Positions 8,918-17,050 of a DNA stretch of 51,890 nt are shown one piece after another. Each line of letters starts with the position of its first letter. Positions within the stretch are counted from its first letter, which is position 1. Made by a program: the position numbers and the translations under genes. The notes beneath the pieces were generated by a model. That model was not told the DNA's origin. It ran no database searches and saw only the letters and a program-made list of their open reading frames with translations. Source of the stretch: a virus (Duplodnaviria; Caudoviricetes); the IMG/VR virus record IMGVR_UViG_3300010413_000050, positions 1-51,890 of that record. One strand, 5' to 3'.

Positions 8918-9340
8918 TTGAACGACCTCGATCTCATGCGATTGTGGCTAACCTACGTGCCATCGATCTACGCGTGCCCGGTATGCCGCGAGGCGTCGCC
9001 GACCCGGAACACCGACGAGGGCGTGTACTGCTTTCCGCACTGGTCACGGCTACGCCCGTGCGACGAGTGCGGAAGACCTTCGACTTCGTGGATGAAGATC
9101 GACGGCGAGAAGAAACGGCTTTGCCGTCGCTGCATCATCGGCGACGACCTGCCGCCGCAAGTACACTACCGCACGGCCTCGTCGCTCGCCGCGGCGCGGG
9201 AAAAAGCGATTGGAAATTTTAGCCCGATTACCGGGCGACCGAGAAAAGAAAAAGCTTGTCAGAATTCCGACAGCGTGCTACCGTCGTCGGGCAAACAACG
9301 GAACCGCCTTCGGGCGCAAAACAAGGAGACAGGAAAATGA
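8918..9340 (+). CDS. Cys-rich (multi-Zn-finger) hypothetical protein
   Basis: GGAGGAG RBS, TTG start; CPVC, CFPH, CDEC, CRRC. Confidence 0.65.
   Translation: MNDLDLMRLWLTYVPSIYACPVCREASPTRNTDEGVYCFPHWSRLRPCDECGRPSTSWMKIDGEKKRLCRRCIIGDDLPPQVHYRTASSLAAAREKAIGNFSPITGRPRKEKACQNSDSVLPSSGKQRNRLRAQNKETGK
9256..9284 (+). promoter_or_regulatory. sigma70-type promoter
   Basis: TTGTCA-17 nt-TACCGT with TG extension and A-rich upstream tract, ahead of the SSB-like gene. Confidence 0.45.
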
Positions 9341-9927
9341 ATCTACCGAAAGGATGGCCAGGCGGCCAGCAGCAACCCGACCCGCAGGTCACTCAGCAGT
9401 CCCCGCCGTACGCGGCCGCGCCGCAGTCGCAACAGGACGAGGACTTCTACTCGCGCATTGCGAACGCCGAAGACCGTGACAGGAGAATCACGCGCTACCC
9501 GATACCGGGTGCGTATCCGGTGCTACTCGTCGACTTCGTGAAGATGATCCGCACTCGGAAGGACGAGGACTTCTTCGTCGCCGAGTTCGAGATTCTTCAG
9601 AGCAAGGTCGCCGAGCGCCCCGCCGGAACGCGCATGTCGTGGATGTGCAACCTCAAGCACGACTCGTCCCCGCGAAACATCAAGGAGTTCATCTGCGCAC
9701 TCATGGCGGTCGACAAGGACGCGGTCACGCCCGAGGCGGTGAAGTACGCCTGCGGGCCAGACAATCCCTGCCACGGTCGGCTCGTGCGATTGGAGGCGAG
9801 CGAGATCACGACGAAGGCCGGAAACCCGTTCACGGTCTGCGACTGGTACACGCTCGGGGACGAGGTGCAGGCGAAGGTCGTTGAGCTCCGCAAGGCCGCG
9901 GGGTTCGACGTCGACATACCGTTCTAG
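9337..9927 (+). CDS. Putative single-stranded DNA-binding protein
   Basis: Replication-cluster position; beta-rich core; acidic-aromatic tail DVDIPF like SSB C-termini. Confidence 0.6.
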   Translation: MNLPKGWPGGQQQPDPQVTQQSPPYAAAPQSQQDEDFYSRIANAEDRDRRITRYPIPGAYPVLLVDFVKMIRTRKDEDFFVAEFEILQSKVAERPAGTRMSWMCNLKHDSSPRNIKEFICALMAVDKDAVTPEAVKYACGPDNPCHGRLVRLEASEITTKAGNPFTVCDWYTLGDEVQAKVVELRKAAGFDVDIPF

Positions 9928-9929
9928 TC

Positions 9930-10205
9930 ATGGGAGATATGGCAGACTGGACGATGGTCGATCTTTGGGATGACCCGGATTTTCAAGACGCCGAACGGGA
10001 GCCCGTCGTGATAGATTTCGTCCGCGTCCTGCACGAAACCGAAGCGGCCTGGAAGCTACTGCTGACCGAAGCCGACGTGTTCGAACGGATTGCGGGAGAC
10101 TCGGACAATGGTGTCTGGTTTCCGAAATCGCAGTGCGTTCTCAAAGATGACGAGTGCCTGATTGTCGTGCCCGCGTGGCTCGCGATCGAGAAGGGTCTCG
10201 TCTAA
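9930..10205 (+). CDS. Small acidic phage protein
   Basis: VWFPKSQC...VPAWLAIEKGL; contiguous in the operon. Confidence 0.7.
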   Translation: MGDMADWTMVDLWDDPDFQDAEREPVVIDFVRVLHETEAAWKLLLTEADVFERIAGDSDNGVWFPKSQCVLKDDECLIVVPAWLAIEKGLV

Positions 10206-10265
10206 CCATTCAACCGAAAGGAGGCCGGGGAAAGCGAAACCCATCGGTTGCAAAAACAGGATCTC

Positions 10266-10298
10266 GGCGCGGGTCGGGCTCGATACCCGGCTCGCGCC
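10266..10298 (+). ncRNA. 13-bp hairpin with T-loop-like heptamer (minihelix-like)
   Basis: GGCGCGGGTCGGG-CTCGATA-CCCGGCTCGCGCC in an intergenic gap. Confidence 0.3.
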
Positions 10299-10300
10299 CC

Positions 10301-10386
10301 GGGCGCGGCGAAGCTAGCGTGCGTGATGCTGGCGGGCATGTACCAAGCCTTACTTACGACCGGGTTCGAATCCCGGACGCGCCCCA
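10301..10386 (+). ncRNA. tRNA-like RNA (non-canonical cloverleaf or pseudo-tRNA)
   Basis: Acceptor-like GGGCGCG/CGCGCCC, two internal stems, perfect T-arm CCGGG-TTCGAAT-CCCGG, ends ...CCA; no canonical D-arm, anticodon ambiguous. Confidence 0.45.
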
Positions 10387-10402
10387 AGGAAAAAAAAGAA
10401 AC

Positions 10403-10705
10403 ATGAAAAAAACGACAGGGAAGTCTCCTCCTGAAAAAATGGAGAACGAACGACTGAGAAGGCTAGTCTGGAAATGGTTCGAGTGGGAGGGCTTAACGGT
10501 AAAACAGGCTGAGGGGTTCTATAGCTATGCTAAAAAAATATGCAACGATTGCTACCGAACAGAGCGTCTTGCCGATCTTGAAGAGCGTCACATGAAGGTG
10601 CGTGAACATTGCGAGATAATGAAACGCGGTCACGAACACCAGAGACATAGCATCAACGTGCGGCACGCCGATGCGATTTTACATGTCCTTGACAGAAAAA
10701 AATGA
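10403..10705 (+). CDS. Hypothetical protein
   Basis: MKKTTGKS start; ATGA-coupled to the polymerase. Confidence 0.6.
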   Translation: MKKTTGKSPPEKMENERLRRLVWKWFEWEGLTVKQAEGFYSYAKKICNDCYRTERLADLEERHMKVREHCEIMKRGHEHQRHSINVRHADAILHVLDRKK

Positions 10706-12642
10706 AACCCGTTATCGCCATCGACACCGAGACGCACCGCTTCGGCCCAGGCCGCATGGCACCCCCGGTGGTCTGCCTCTCATGGGCGTTCGACAACAAG
10801 TCGGGCCTGCTCGTCGGTCGCGATAACATCCGCAGGTTTCTCGAAGACGTTCTCAAGCAATCCGCCGAGGGGGCGCTCGTCATCGTCGGTCACTACATGG
10901 CCTACGACATGGCCTGCCTCGGCGCGACGTTCCCCGATCTCCTGCCCGTCATCCTCTGGGCATACGACCGCGACGGCGTCGCCTGCACCGTCAACCGCGA
11001 AAAACTTTGCGACATCGCCGCCGGGTGCTTCCGCTTCGCTATCGACGCCGAAGGCAACCAAACGAAAAATGACTATGACCTCGCCGACCTCGTGCGCCTG
11101 CACTTCGGCGAGACGCTCGCGAAAGGCGAGGACACCTGGAGGCTTCGGTACGGCGAGCTCGATGGCGTGCCGCTCGACCAGTGGCCCGAGGACGCGAAGG
11201 AGTACGCGATCAAAGACGCGGTCGAATGCCTCCGACTATATAACGCACAAGAGGAAACCAAGCGACGCTTGAACTACTTCATACCGACCGAGTTCGACGA
11301 GGTGCGCGCGGACTTCGCGCTCAAGCTCATGTCGACCTGGGGCATCCGTACCGACCCGCCGCGCGTGCTGTCGTTCTGGAACGAGACCGCCGCGCGCATG
11401 GCCGAGCTTGCCGAGGGGCTCGTCGCCTGCGGGCTCGCGCGCGAGAAGAAGCCGAGCAAGCAGACCTCGCTATTCGAAGAGGAGCAACCCGACCGCCTTT
11501 CGCTTCCGGCCGTGAGCCAGATCATGGACGCGACTCGCCGTCTCGTGAAGGACACCTACCGAGGCGATCCGCCGTTGACGCCGAAAGGATCTATCTCGAC
11601 GGCGGCCGAGGTGCTCACACGCTGTCGATCGAAGGAGCTGCAAAAACTCGTCGAGTACAAGAGTTTAGAAAAGAACGCCTCGACGTTCCTGTCCAAATAT
11701 TTCGAGCCGGTCATCCATGCGAGGTTCAACGGCATCGGCGCGGCGTCCGATCGCACGTCCTGCGCGAAGCCGAACTTGCAGCAGCTCCCGCGCGCGCCGG
11801 GATTTCGAGAATGTTTCATCCCGCGCTCGGGTCGGGTGTTCTGCTCGACGGACTTCGACACGCAGGAGATGAGAACGCTCGCGCAGTCGTGTCTCGACAT
11901 CTGCGGGAAGTCGCGGCTTGCCGAGCGCTATCGGGAGAACGCGCAGTTCGACCCGCACCTCGAGTTCGCCGCGGCGCTTGCCGAGGTCTCGCGCGAGGAA
12001 GCGCTTCGGCTGAAGGAGGCGGGAGACAAACGGATAAAGGATTTTCGGCAGCAGTCGAAGTGCGCGAACTTCGGCCTGCCGGGAGGGCTCGGCGCCGAGG
12101 GGTTCGTCAGCTACTCGTGGTCGAGCTGGGGCGTGAAGATTTCTCAGTTCCGCGCGGAGGAGCTGAAGCGGGAATGGTTTCAGCAGTGGCCCGAGATGCA
12201 CTCGTACTTCGAGCATGTGCGGAACGTCATCGGCTGGAAGCGCGGATCGCTCGGCACGATACAGATTCCGCAGTCAGGGTTTCAGCGCGGCGGTGTCGGG
12301 TACACCGACGCCTGCAATAGTTATTTTCAGACCCTCGCGGCGCACTGCTCGAAGCGGGCGTTGTGGGAGGTGACGAAGCGTTGCTATGGCGTGTATCACT
12401 CGGCGCTCTACGGATCGCGGCCTGTGGTGTTTGTGCATGACGAGGTGATCACGGAGACGCCGGAGGAGATGGGCCACGAGGTGGCGGTCGAGATGCCGGT
12501 GATCATGATGGAGTCGATGAACAGGTACACGCCGCAGATTCCGAGCATGGCGTCGGCGGTACTGATGGCCCGATGGAGCAAGGGCGCCGAGCAGGTGCGC
12601 GATGAAAGAGGGAGAATGATACCGTGGAGAGAAACCATATGA
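10702..12642 (+). CDS. DNA polymerase family A with 3'-5' exonuclease domain
   Basis: Exo I IDTET, Exo II HYMAYD, Exo III YAIKDA; PNLQQLPR; motif A DFDTQEMR; motif B RQQSKCANFGLPGG; motif C VHDE. Confidence 0.95.
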   Translation: MKPVIAIDTETHRFGPGRMAPPVVCLSWAFDNKSGLLVGRDNIRRFLEDVLKQSAEGALVIVGHYMAYDMACLGATFPDLLPVILWAYDRDGVACTVNREKLCDIAAGCFRFAIDAEGNQTKNDYDLADLVRLHFGETLAKGEDTWRLRYGELDGVPLDQWPEDAKEYAIKDAVECLRLYNAQEETKRRLNYFIPTEFDEVRADFALKLMSTWGIRTDPPRVLSFWNETAARMAELAEGLVACGLAREKKPSKQTSLFEEEQPDRLSLPAVSQIMDATRRLVKDTYRGDPPLTPKGSISTAAEVLTRCRSKELQKLVEYKSLEKNASTFLSKYFEPVIHARFNGIGAASDRTSCAKPNLQQLPRAPGFRECFIPRSGRVFCSTDFDTQEMRTLAQSCLDICGKSRLAERYRENAQFDPHLEFAAALAEVSREEALRLKEAGDKRIKDFRQQSKCANFGLPGGLGAEGFVSYSWSSWGVKISQFRAEELKREWFQQWPEMHSYFEHVRNVIGWKRGSLGTIQIPQSGFQRGGVGYTDACNSYFQTLAAHCSKRALWEVTKRCYGVYHSALYGSRPVVFVHDEVITETPEEMGHEVAVEMPVIMMESMNRYTPQIPSMASAVLMARWSKGAEQVRDERGRMIPWRETI

Positions 12643-12899
12643 CCCTGAAAGAAGTGGCGGAGAGAATGGAAGGAACAGATGAGATTGTCACCGCCGTAGT
12701 GATTCCGATTCTTTTACAATCCAAAGAAGGACATCCTCGATTTGGTGAGGTCGTTTGCCCCTCGAACTTTGACGTAGAAGAAGTAGTGTCGCTGCTGCTT
12801 TCGTGCGCAGCTTGCCTAGTAGTCCGCGGGGGCGGTCCACCATTCGCAGCGGTTTCGGCGTTGTTCGGTCACCTCGAAAGGTTTGAAGAGGTGTATTAG
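12639..12899 (+). CDS. Hypothetical protein
   Basis: ATGA overlap with the polymerase stop; abuts the next gene. Confidence 0.55.
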   Translation: MTLKEVAERMEGTDEIVTAVVIPILLQSKEGHPRFGEVVCPSNFDVEEVVSLLLSCAACLVVRGGGPPFAAVSALFGHLERFEEVY

Positions 12900-13363
12900 T
12901 GCAAGGTGTCTTGATAGCCATCGACCCCGGGCGCGTGCTCGGCATCGCCGTGTTTCGAAACACGATCCTGCTCGACATCGGCGTCATGACGGCGCCGCGC
13001 ATCCGCGATCTTCACTACGGCCTATTTCAGTTTTTCAAGCGGCACGAGCCCGCGGCGGCGATTATCGAGGTGCCGCAGGTGTACCGACAGCGCAAGCAGA
13101 AGGGCGACCCGAACGACCTGATCGACGTCGCGGTAGTCGCCGGTGTCGCCGGTGCGGTCGCCGCGCCGTGGTGCGAGCCGCTATTCATCAAGCCGCACAT
13201 CTGGAAAGGGAGCAGGCCGAAGGACGTCGACAACGAGTACACGCTAAAATGCCTGAACGATATTGAGCGCGCGATCGTCGACCGCGCGGGGCTTGGCAAG
13301 ACGAAAGGCCATAACGCGATCGACGCCATCGGGATCGGGTTGTGGGCGCTGGAGAGGAGATAG
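12899..13363 (+). CDS. RuvC-like Holliday junction resolvase
   Basis: IAIDPG, IIEVP, HNAIDAIGIG acidic motifs of the RNase H fold. Confidence 0.85.
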   Translation: MQGVLIAIDPGRVLGIAVFRNTILLDIGVMTAPRIRDLHYGLFQFFKRHEPAAAIIEVPQVYRQRKQKGDPNDLIDVAVVAGVAGAVAAPWCEPLFIKPHIWKGSRPKDVDNEYTLKCLNDIERAIVDRAGLGKTKGHNAIDAIGIGLWALERR

Positions 13364-13570
13364 ATGTCACCATTACCCTATGTAGACCCCGCGCGCACGC
13401 GGCGACTCCTACGTCTGCTCAAGCGGCCAAGGACCGTGGCCGAGCTTGCCGTGCGACTGAACGTCTCGCGGCGCACGGTTGAGCGCTACCTGCGACGGCT
13501 CGAGGAGGGCGGCGCGCGGCTAGTCCGCGTCGGCACGTCCTGCCCGTCGCGCTACCAGGTGATCGAATGA
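13364..13570 (+). CDS. Winged-HTH DNA-binding protein (HTH_11-like)
   Basis: TVAELAVRLNVSRRTVERYLRRL. Confidence 0.85.
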   Translation: MSPLPYVDPARTRRLLRLLKRPRTVAELAVRLNVSRRTVERYLRRLEEGGARLVRVGTSCPSRYQVIE

Positions 13571-14058
13571 GAGCAATAACCATTTGGCCCGAATGGGTTT
13601 GGGCGATCGAGAACCTCGACAAGAACGTGGAGAACCGCACATGGTATCCGCGGTCTGAATTTGGTATATGGCCCAGCCGTCTCGCTCTACATGCGGGGAA
13701 GTACATCGGCGGCCGTCCGGGCCGATGCTCTGCCGACGAAGGCGTGAGCGGCGTGATACGCATGGCCGAGCGCGCGGGATGGAAAGTGGAGATCGTGCCC
13801 GGACATGCGGTGCGCTTCAAAAAAGATCAGAACGAGGTTTGGCTCGACAATTTTGCAGTTATTCGCGGGGCCGTCGTCGCGGTCGCTCGCATCGAGAAGG
13901 TAGATCGATGCTATCCAAAACCATGGGCCGCTCCCGGCCAATGGCAGTGGCACCTGACAGATATCACGCCTCTCGCCAAGCCGGTTCCGTGTAGAGGGCA
14001 TCAAAAAATTTGGAGCCTGCCGCCCGACGTAGAGGCGGCGGTGAGAGCACAGCTATGA
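13567..14058 (+). CDS. ASCH domain protein
   Basis: MRAITIWPEW..KNVENRTW..LALHAGK..PVPCRGHQKIW. Confidence 0.85.
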   Translation: MRAITIWPEWVWAIENLDKNVENRTWYPRSEFGIWPSRLALHAGKYIGGRPGRCSADEGVSGVIRMAERAGWKVEIVPGHAVRFKKDQNEVWLDNFAVIRGAVVAVARIEKVDRCYPKPWAAPGQWQWHLTDITPLAKPVPCRGHQKIWSLPPDVEAAVRAQL

Positions 14059-14318
14059 AGCTCGGCTACTTCAACCTATCGCAAAAGATCATCGACCGGA
14101 TGCTACGGTCGGAGGCGTTCGCCGCGGCCGTCGGTCGCGCGGTCCGCGAGCACGCGTTACGATTCGCGACCGCCGAGGCGGCCCTGAACCACGGGGTTCG
14201 ACTCGCGAGCCAGCACCTCGCCGAGGGCGTGGCGTTCTCCGTCGTCACCGAGCACGACAAAAACCGGATGCCGAGAACCGCGATCATGCTAATCGACGAG
14301 GGCGGCGGCTGCCTGTAG
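14055..14318 (+). CDS. Hypothetical protein
   Basis: ATGA coupling; 87 aa. Confidence 0.6.
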   Translation: MKLGYFNLSQKIIDRMLRSEAFAAAVGRAVREHALRFATAEAALNHGVRLASQHLAEGVAFSVVTEHDKNRMPRTAIMLIDEGGGCL

Positions 14319-14350
14319 TGGCATGCCGCTTGCAGCAGAAAAGGAGTGCG

Positions 14351-14626
14351 ATGAAAGACCCGCTCGACATACGAAACAACCGGCGGGGACTGGGCTGGAT
14401 TGCAGTATTCCTGGACCCCGACCCTGAGAGTTTCGACGGTCAGGCGTGCGCGCGCCTTCGAGAATCGATCCTCCGCGCGTCAGCCGCCGCTGAGCGCCCG
14501 TCAATCGCCGCCACGGCCCGAACCCTGGGTATCGGCCGCGACCGCCTGAGGCGCCTCCTGAGCGCCCTCAGGCTAACCCCCCAAGACCTGCGCAATTATT
14601 GCGCGGCTATGCAAAACACTTCATAG
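14351..14626 (+). CDS. Stand-alone Fis-type (HTH_8) DNA-binding protein
   Basis: AAGGAG RBS; SIAATARTLGIGRDRLRRLL resembles the C-terminal HTH of NtrC/Fis proteins; no AAA+ domain. Confidence 0.7.
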   Translation: MKDPLDIRNNRRGLGWIAVFLDPDPESFDGQACARLRESILRASAAAERPSIAATARTLGIGRDRLRRLLSALRLTPQDLRNYCAAMQNTS

Positions 14627-14770
14627 GACTAAAGGGGCGGAATGATTAGAGTTCTGGGAATCGCGCAATTATTGCGTAGTAAAATTGCGCAACTATTGCG
14701 TGGTCCGGTTTCGGGGCGAGGACATGCGGCGCGAAATCATTAGGCTTTTTGGGGCGCGCGATAGTCGCGC
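14590..14770. promoter_or_regulatory. Array of palindromic operator/enhancer sites GCGCAA-N3-TTGCGY
   Basis: Copies at 14590-14604 (perfect), 14663-14677 and 14687-14701; degenerate copy at 14756-14770. Confidence 0.8.
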
Positions 14771-14774
14771 GGTT

Positions 14775-14790
14775 TGGCACGGCGATTGCA
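14775..14790 (+). promoter_or_regulatory. sigma54 (RpoN) -24/-12 promoter
   Basis: TGGCACGGCGATTGCA matches TGGCACG-N4-TTGCW exactly; intergenic, upstream of RBS and ATG 14833. Confidence 0.8.
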
Positions 14791-14832
14791 CTCTCTAAAG
14801 GCATGAACGCGACACACAAAGGAGAGAGCACG

Positions 14833-15084
14833 ATGTCACAGAAAATTTTCTGCCCTATCGATTTCGAGTTTTCTTGGACCGACAACTGGTACGAGTGGGA
14901 CCGTGAGGCCGCGCACAAGGCCGCTTTGAAGGCGCGCAACGACCTCGCCAAGAGGATGAAGGACGCGGGACGTTTGGTACAGAAATTCTCGCTCAAGGAT
15001 CAACTCGTGCGAAGGGGCGGAATTGGATCGGGTCGCCCAGACGTCGAGTTCTTTTGCAACTGCTATGGCGTCAATTTCAGCTAA
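14833..15084 (+). CDS. Hypothetical protein, first gene after the sigma54 promoter
   Basis: AAAGGAGA RBS; MSQKIFCPIDF. Confidence 0.75.
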   Translation: MSQKIFCPIDFEFSWTDNWYEWDREAAHKAALKARNDLAKRMKDAGRLVQKFSLKDQLVRRGGIGSGRPDVEFFCNCYGVNFS

Positions 15085-15128
15085 CCCTGACCGGCTTCGC
15101 GGGGGTTCGACTCCCCCGCAGGGTTCCA
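15083..15128 (+). ncRNA. tRNA-like minihelix (acceptor stem + T-arm + CCA)
   Basis: AACCCT/AGGGTT stem, GCGGGGG-TTCGACT-CCCCCGC arm, then CCA; D and anticodon arms replaced by about 10 nt. Confidence 0.45.
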
Positions 15129-15144
15129 AGAGAGGAGAGAACTC

Positions 15145-15417
15145 GTGAAACCCTGGGAGATAGAGAACCGCGTTCGGCGCGCCTGCGAAGAGCACGGCCT
15201 CGACCCGCCGCCGCCGATACTCGGCGACGTGACCGAGTGGCTACTCGCCGCGTTCGAAACGGCGACACGCGATCTCGGGTTCAAGATCGAAGACGCCCAG
15301 ATTCAGCAGTCCCGCGCCGAGGACGAGACCTCGAATCTCGAATACGAGGTCCACGATCTCAAGACAGAAATCCGCGAACTGAAAAACCAGATCGTAAGAC
15401 TGAAGGAGAAGCCATGA
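15145..15417 (+). CDS. Hypothetical coiled-coil protein
   Basis: GAGGAG RBS, GTG start. Confidence 0.7.
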   Translation: MKPWEIENRVRRACEEHGLDPPPPILGDVTEWLLAAFETATRDLGFKIEDAQIQQSRAEDETSNLEYEVHDLKTEIRELKNQIVRLKEKP

Positions 15418-15851
15418 GCGAACGCATCGACAACATAGATGTTCTCGACTGGTCTGCGCATACTGCGAAAGAAAGAAAAATGATTCGTCGCCTGCTTGAC
15501 CGACGCAAGTACCTCCTGACGCAGTCTCAAAAATATGCGGACGGAAAACGGACCTACTATCGGGATGAAGTGATGGCTATCGAGTGGGCGCTTTTGATGG
15601 CCATCGAAAACAAGGACTTCGCCGCGCAGCTTGTGCGGGTGCGGGAGATAGCGGAAAGAAGCGATAAGTACGGTAAGCAGTCTCTTGCTATCAGAGAAAT
15701 CTTGGCCCTTTTGAATGGGCTCACTTGTTGTAAGGGAGAATACAATCACTGCCCTGAATGTGGTGGTCACAGGCGGCTAGATGAAGATACGTGGGTTTGT
15801 GATCATTGTCGCAACAACAAGCACCTGCCCGCCCTCGCCGAAGGAAGGTAG
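15414..15851 (+). CDS. Hypothetical protein with C-terminal Zn-ribbon
   Basis: AAGGAG RBS; CPECG..CDHC. Confidence 0.7.
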   Translation: MSERIDNIDVLDWSAHTAKERKMIRRLLDRRKYLLTQSQKYADGKRTYYRDEVMAIEWALLMAIENKDFAAQLVRVREIAERSDKYGKQSLAIREILALLNGLTCCKGEYNHCPECGGHRRLDEDTWVCDHCRNNKHLPALAEGR

Positions 15852-15854
15852 CGA

Positions 15855-16199
15855 ATGAGAATCTGGGACATACCGGTCGCCGACCTCTGCCGTGCGCACC
15901 TACTCGGCGAGCACCGCGAGCTCCACGCGATCTGGTCCATCTACCTCAACAACAAAACCGGCTACCGTAACCACCCCGAGGTGAAGCGCTGGCAATTCTG
16001 TCTTCAGAAACTAGACGACCGACACGAGGAACTGAAATCCGAAATGTCGAAACGCGGGTACTCCCATCAAAGCGAGCTGGCTCCGATCACCTACTGCGAT
16101 TTCACATGGTTCAAGAAGCTACCGGAGATCATCACCCCGATAGACGAACAACGCGCGCACCTGCTCGCCAAAGCCTGCGGGTGCTGCAAGGAGGACTGA
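15855..16199 (+). CDS. Pyrimidine dimer DNA glycosylase / T4 endonuclease V family
   Basis: MRIWD..LCRAHLLGEHRELH..GYRNHPEV..EMSKRGYSH. Confidence 0.85.
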   Translation: MRIWDIPVADLCRAHLLGEHRELHAIWSIYLNNKTGYRNHPEVKRWQFCLQKLDDRHEELKSEMSKRGYSHQSELAPITYCDFTWFKKLPEIITPIDEQRAHLLAKACGCCKED

Positions 16200-16200
16200 C

Positions 16201-16383
16201 ATGGCAAAGCGAAAGAAGAAAACCACACTCAGCGACAAGAAACGCAGCAAGCAGACAGCCCAATACAAAGAGGGCGGCGGAAGCTCGAAGTACGCGAAGA
16301 AGAAAGCGTACCTTCGTAGTCAGCGCGTGGACGGCGTTGAGCCATGGGGGTTCGATTTCCCCGAGCCGAAGCCGTGGAAGTAG
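16201..16383 (+). CDS. Small basic protein
   Basis: GGAGG RBS; Lys-rich. Confidence 0.7.
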   Translation: MAKRKKKTTLSDKKRSKQTAQYKEGGGSSKYAKKKAYLRSQRVDGVEPWGFDFPEPKPWK

Positions 16384-16396
16384 GAGGACTGACAAA

Positions 16397-17026
16397 ATGA
16401 ATATACCGAAAGACATCGACGTCCGCGCGGCGTCGGAGCCCGCGGTCACCGAAGCCGAGCAGGTCAACGATCTCTGCATCGGCTTCAACGTCACCAACAA
16501 CGACAGCCTCAAGGCCGCAGTGAAGTGGATCGCCGAGATCAAAACCCACGCCACGACCATCGAGGAAAAACGCCGGTCGTTCGTCGACCCAATCCGAGAA
16601 TCGATCGACCGCATCAACAACTTCTTCAAGCCCGCACTCGACCGCCTCTCAGACGCCGAGCGCACCCTGAAAAACAAGGTGAGTAGCTACACGATCGCCG
16701 CCGCCGTCGAGCGCGACCGACTGCTCGCCTCCATTGACCCGAACGCGGGCGTCGATGAGAAGTGCGGCATCCTCGCCAAAGCCGATACCTTCGCCCCTCC
16801 CAAGATCCCGGGCCTCGCCTTGCGCGAGTCCTGGCAAGGCAAGGTCACCGACCCCGCCGCCGTCGTGAAATGGGCGGTCGAGAGTGGCCGGCTCGAGCTC
16901 CTGAACGTCGACCCGAAGGCGCTCGTCGTGCTGGCCAGGGCCGCCGACCGCGACCCGGAGATCCCCGGCTTCAAAGCCTCCCGCGTTCGCTCGGTTGCAA
17001 TTACCCCTTCGAAGGTGCAGAATTGA
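16397..17026 (+). CDS. Helical phage protein (coiled coil)
   Basis: GGAGG RBS; IEEKRRSFVDPI..INNFFKP pattern. Confidence 0.7.
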   Translation: MNIPKDIDVRAASEPAVTEAEQVNDLCIGFNVTNNDSLKAAVKWIAEIKTHATTIEEKRRSFVDPIRESIDRINNFFKPALDRLSDAERTLKNKVSSYTIAAAVERDRLLASIDPNAGVDEKCGILAKADTFAPPKIPGLALRESWQGKVTDPAAVVKWAVESGRLELLNVDPKALVVLARAADRDPEIPGFKASRVRSVAITPSKVQN

Positions 17027-17050
17027 TCCGTCAGTTCTCCCTTTTTCCTT

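Noticed and set aside
10211-10250. Hammerhead or other self-cleaving ribozyme
   Set aside because: GAAA is present but the CUGAnGA core and three-stem junction are not.
10702-12642. Z-genome (DpoZ/PurZ) or other hypermodified-DNA system
   Set aside because: No PurZ, dATPase, thymidylate-synthase-like or glycosyltransferase genes were found.
13364-14626. Classical CI/Cro lysogeny switch
   Set aside because: Both HTH genes are co-directional in the replication arm, with no divergent repressor pair, S24 peptidase domain, integrase or parAB.
14731-14749. IHF site between enhancer and sigma54 promoter
   Set aside because: AATCATTAGGCTT has three mismatches to WATCARNNNNTTR; the position fits but the match is too weak to call.
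10301-15128. tRNA-like segments as attP or canonical tRNA genes
   Set aside because: No tyrosine or serine integrase is recognisable, and the folds lack a canonical D-arm and anticodon arm; kept only as tRNA-like.
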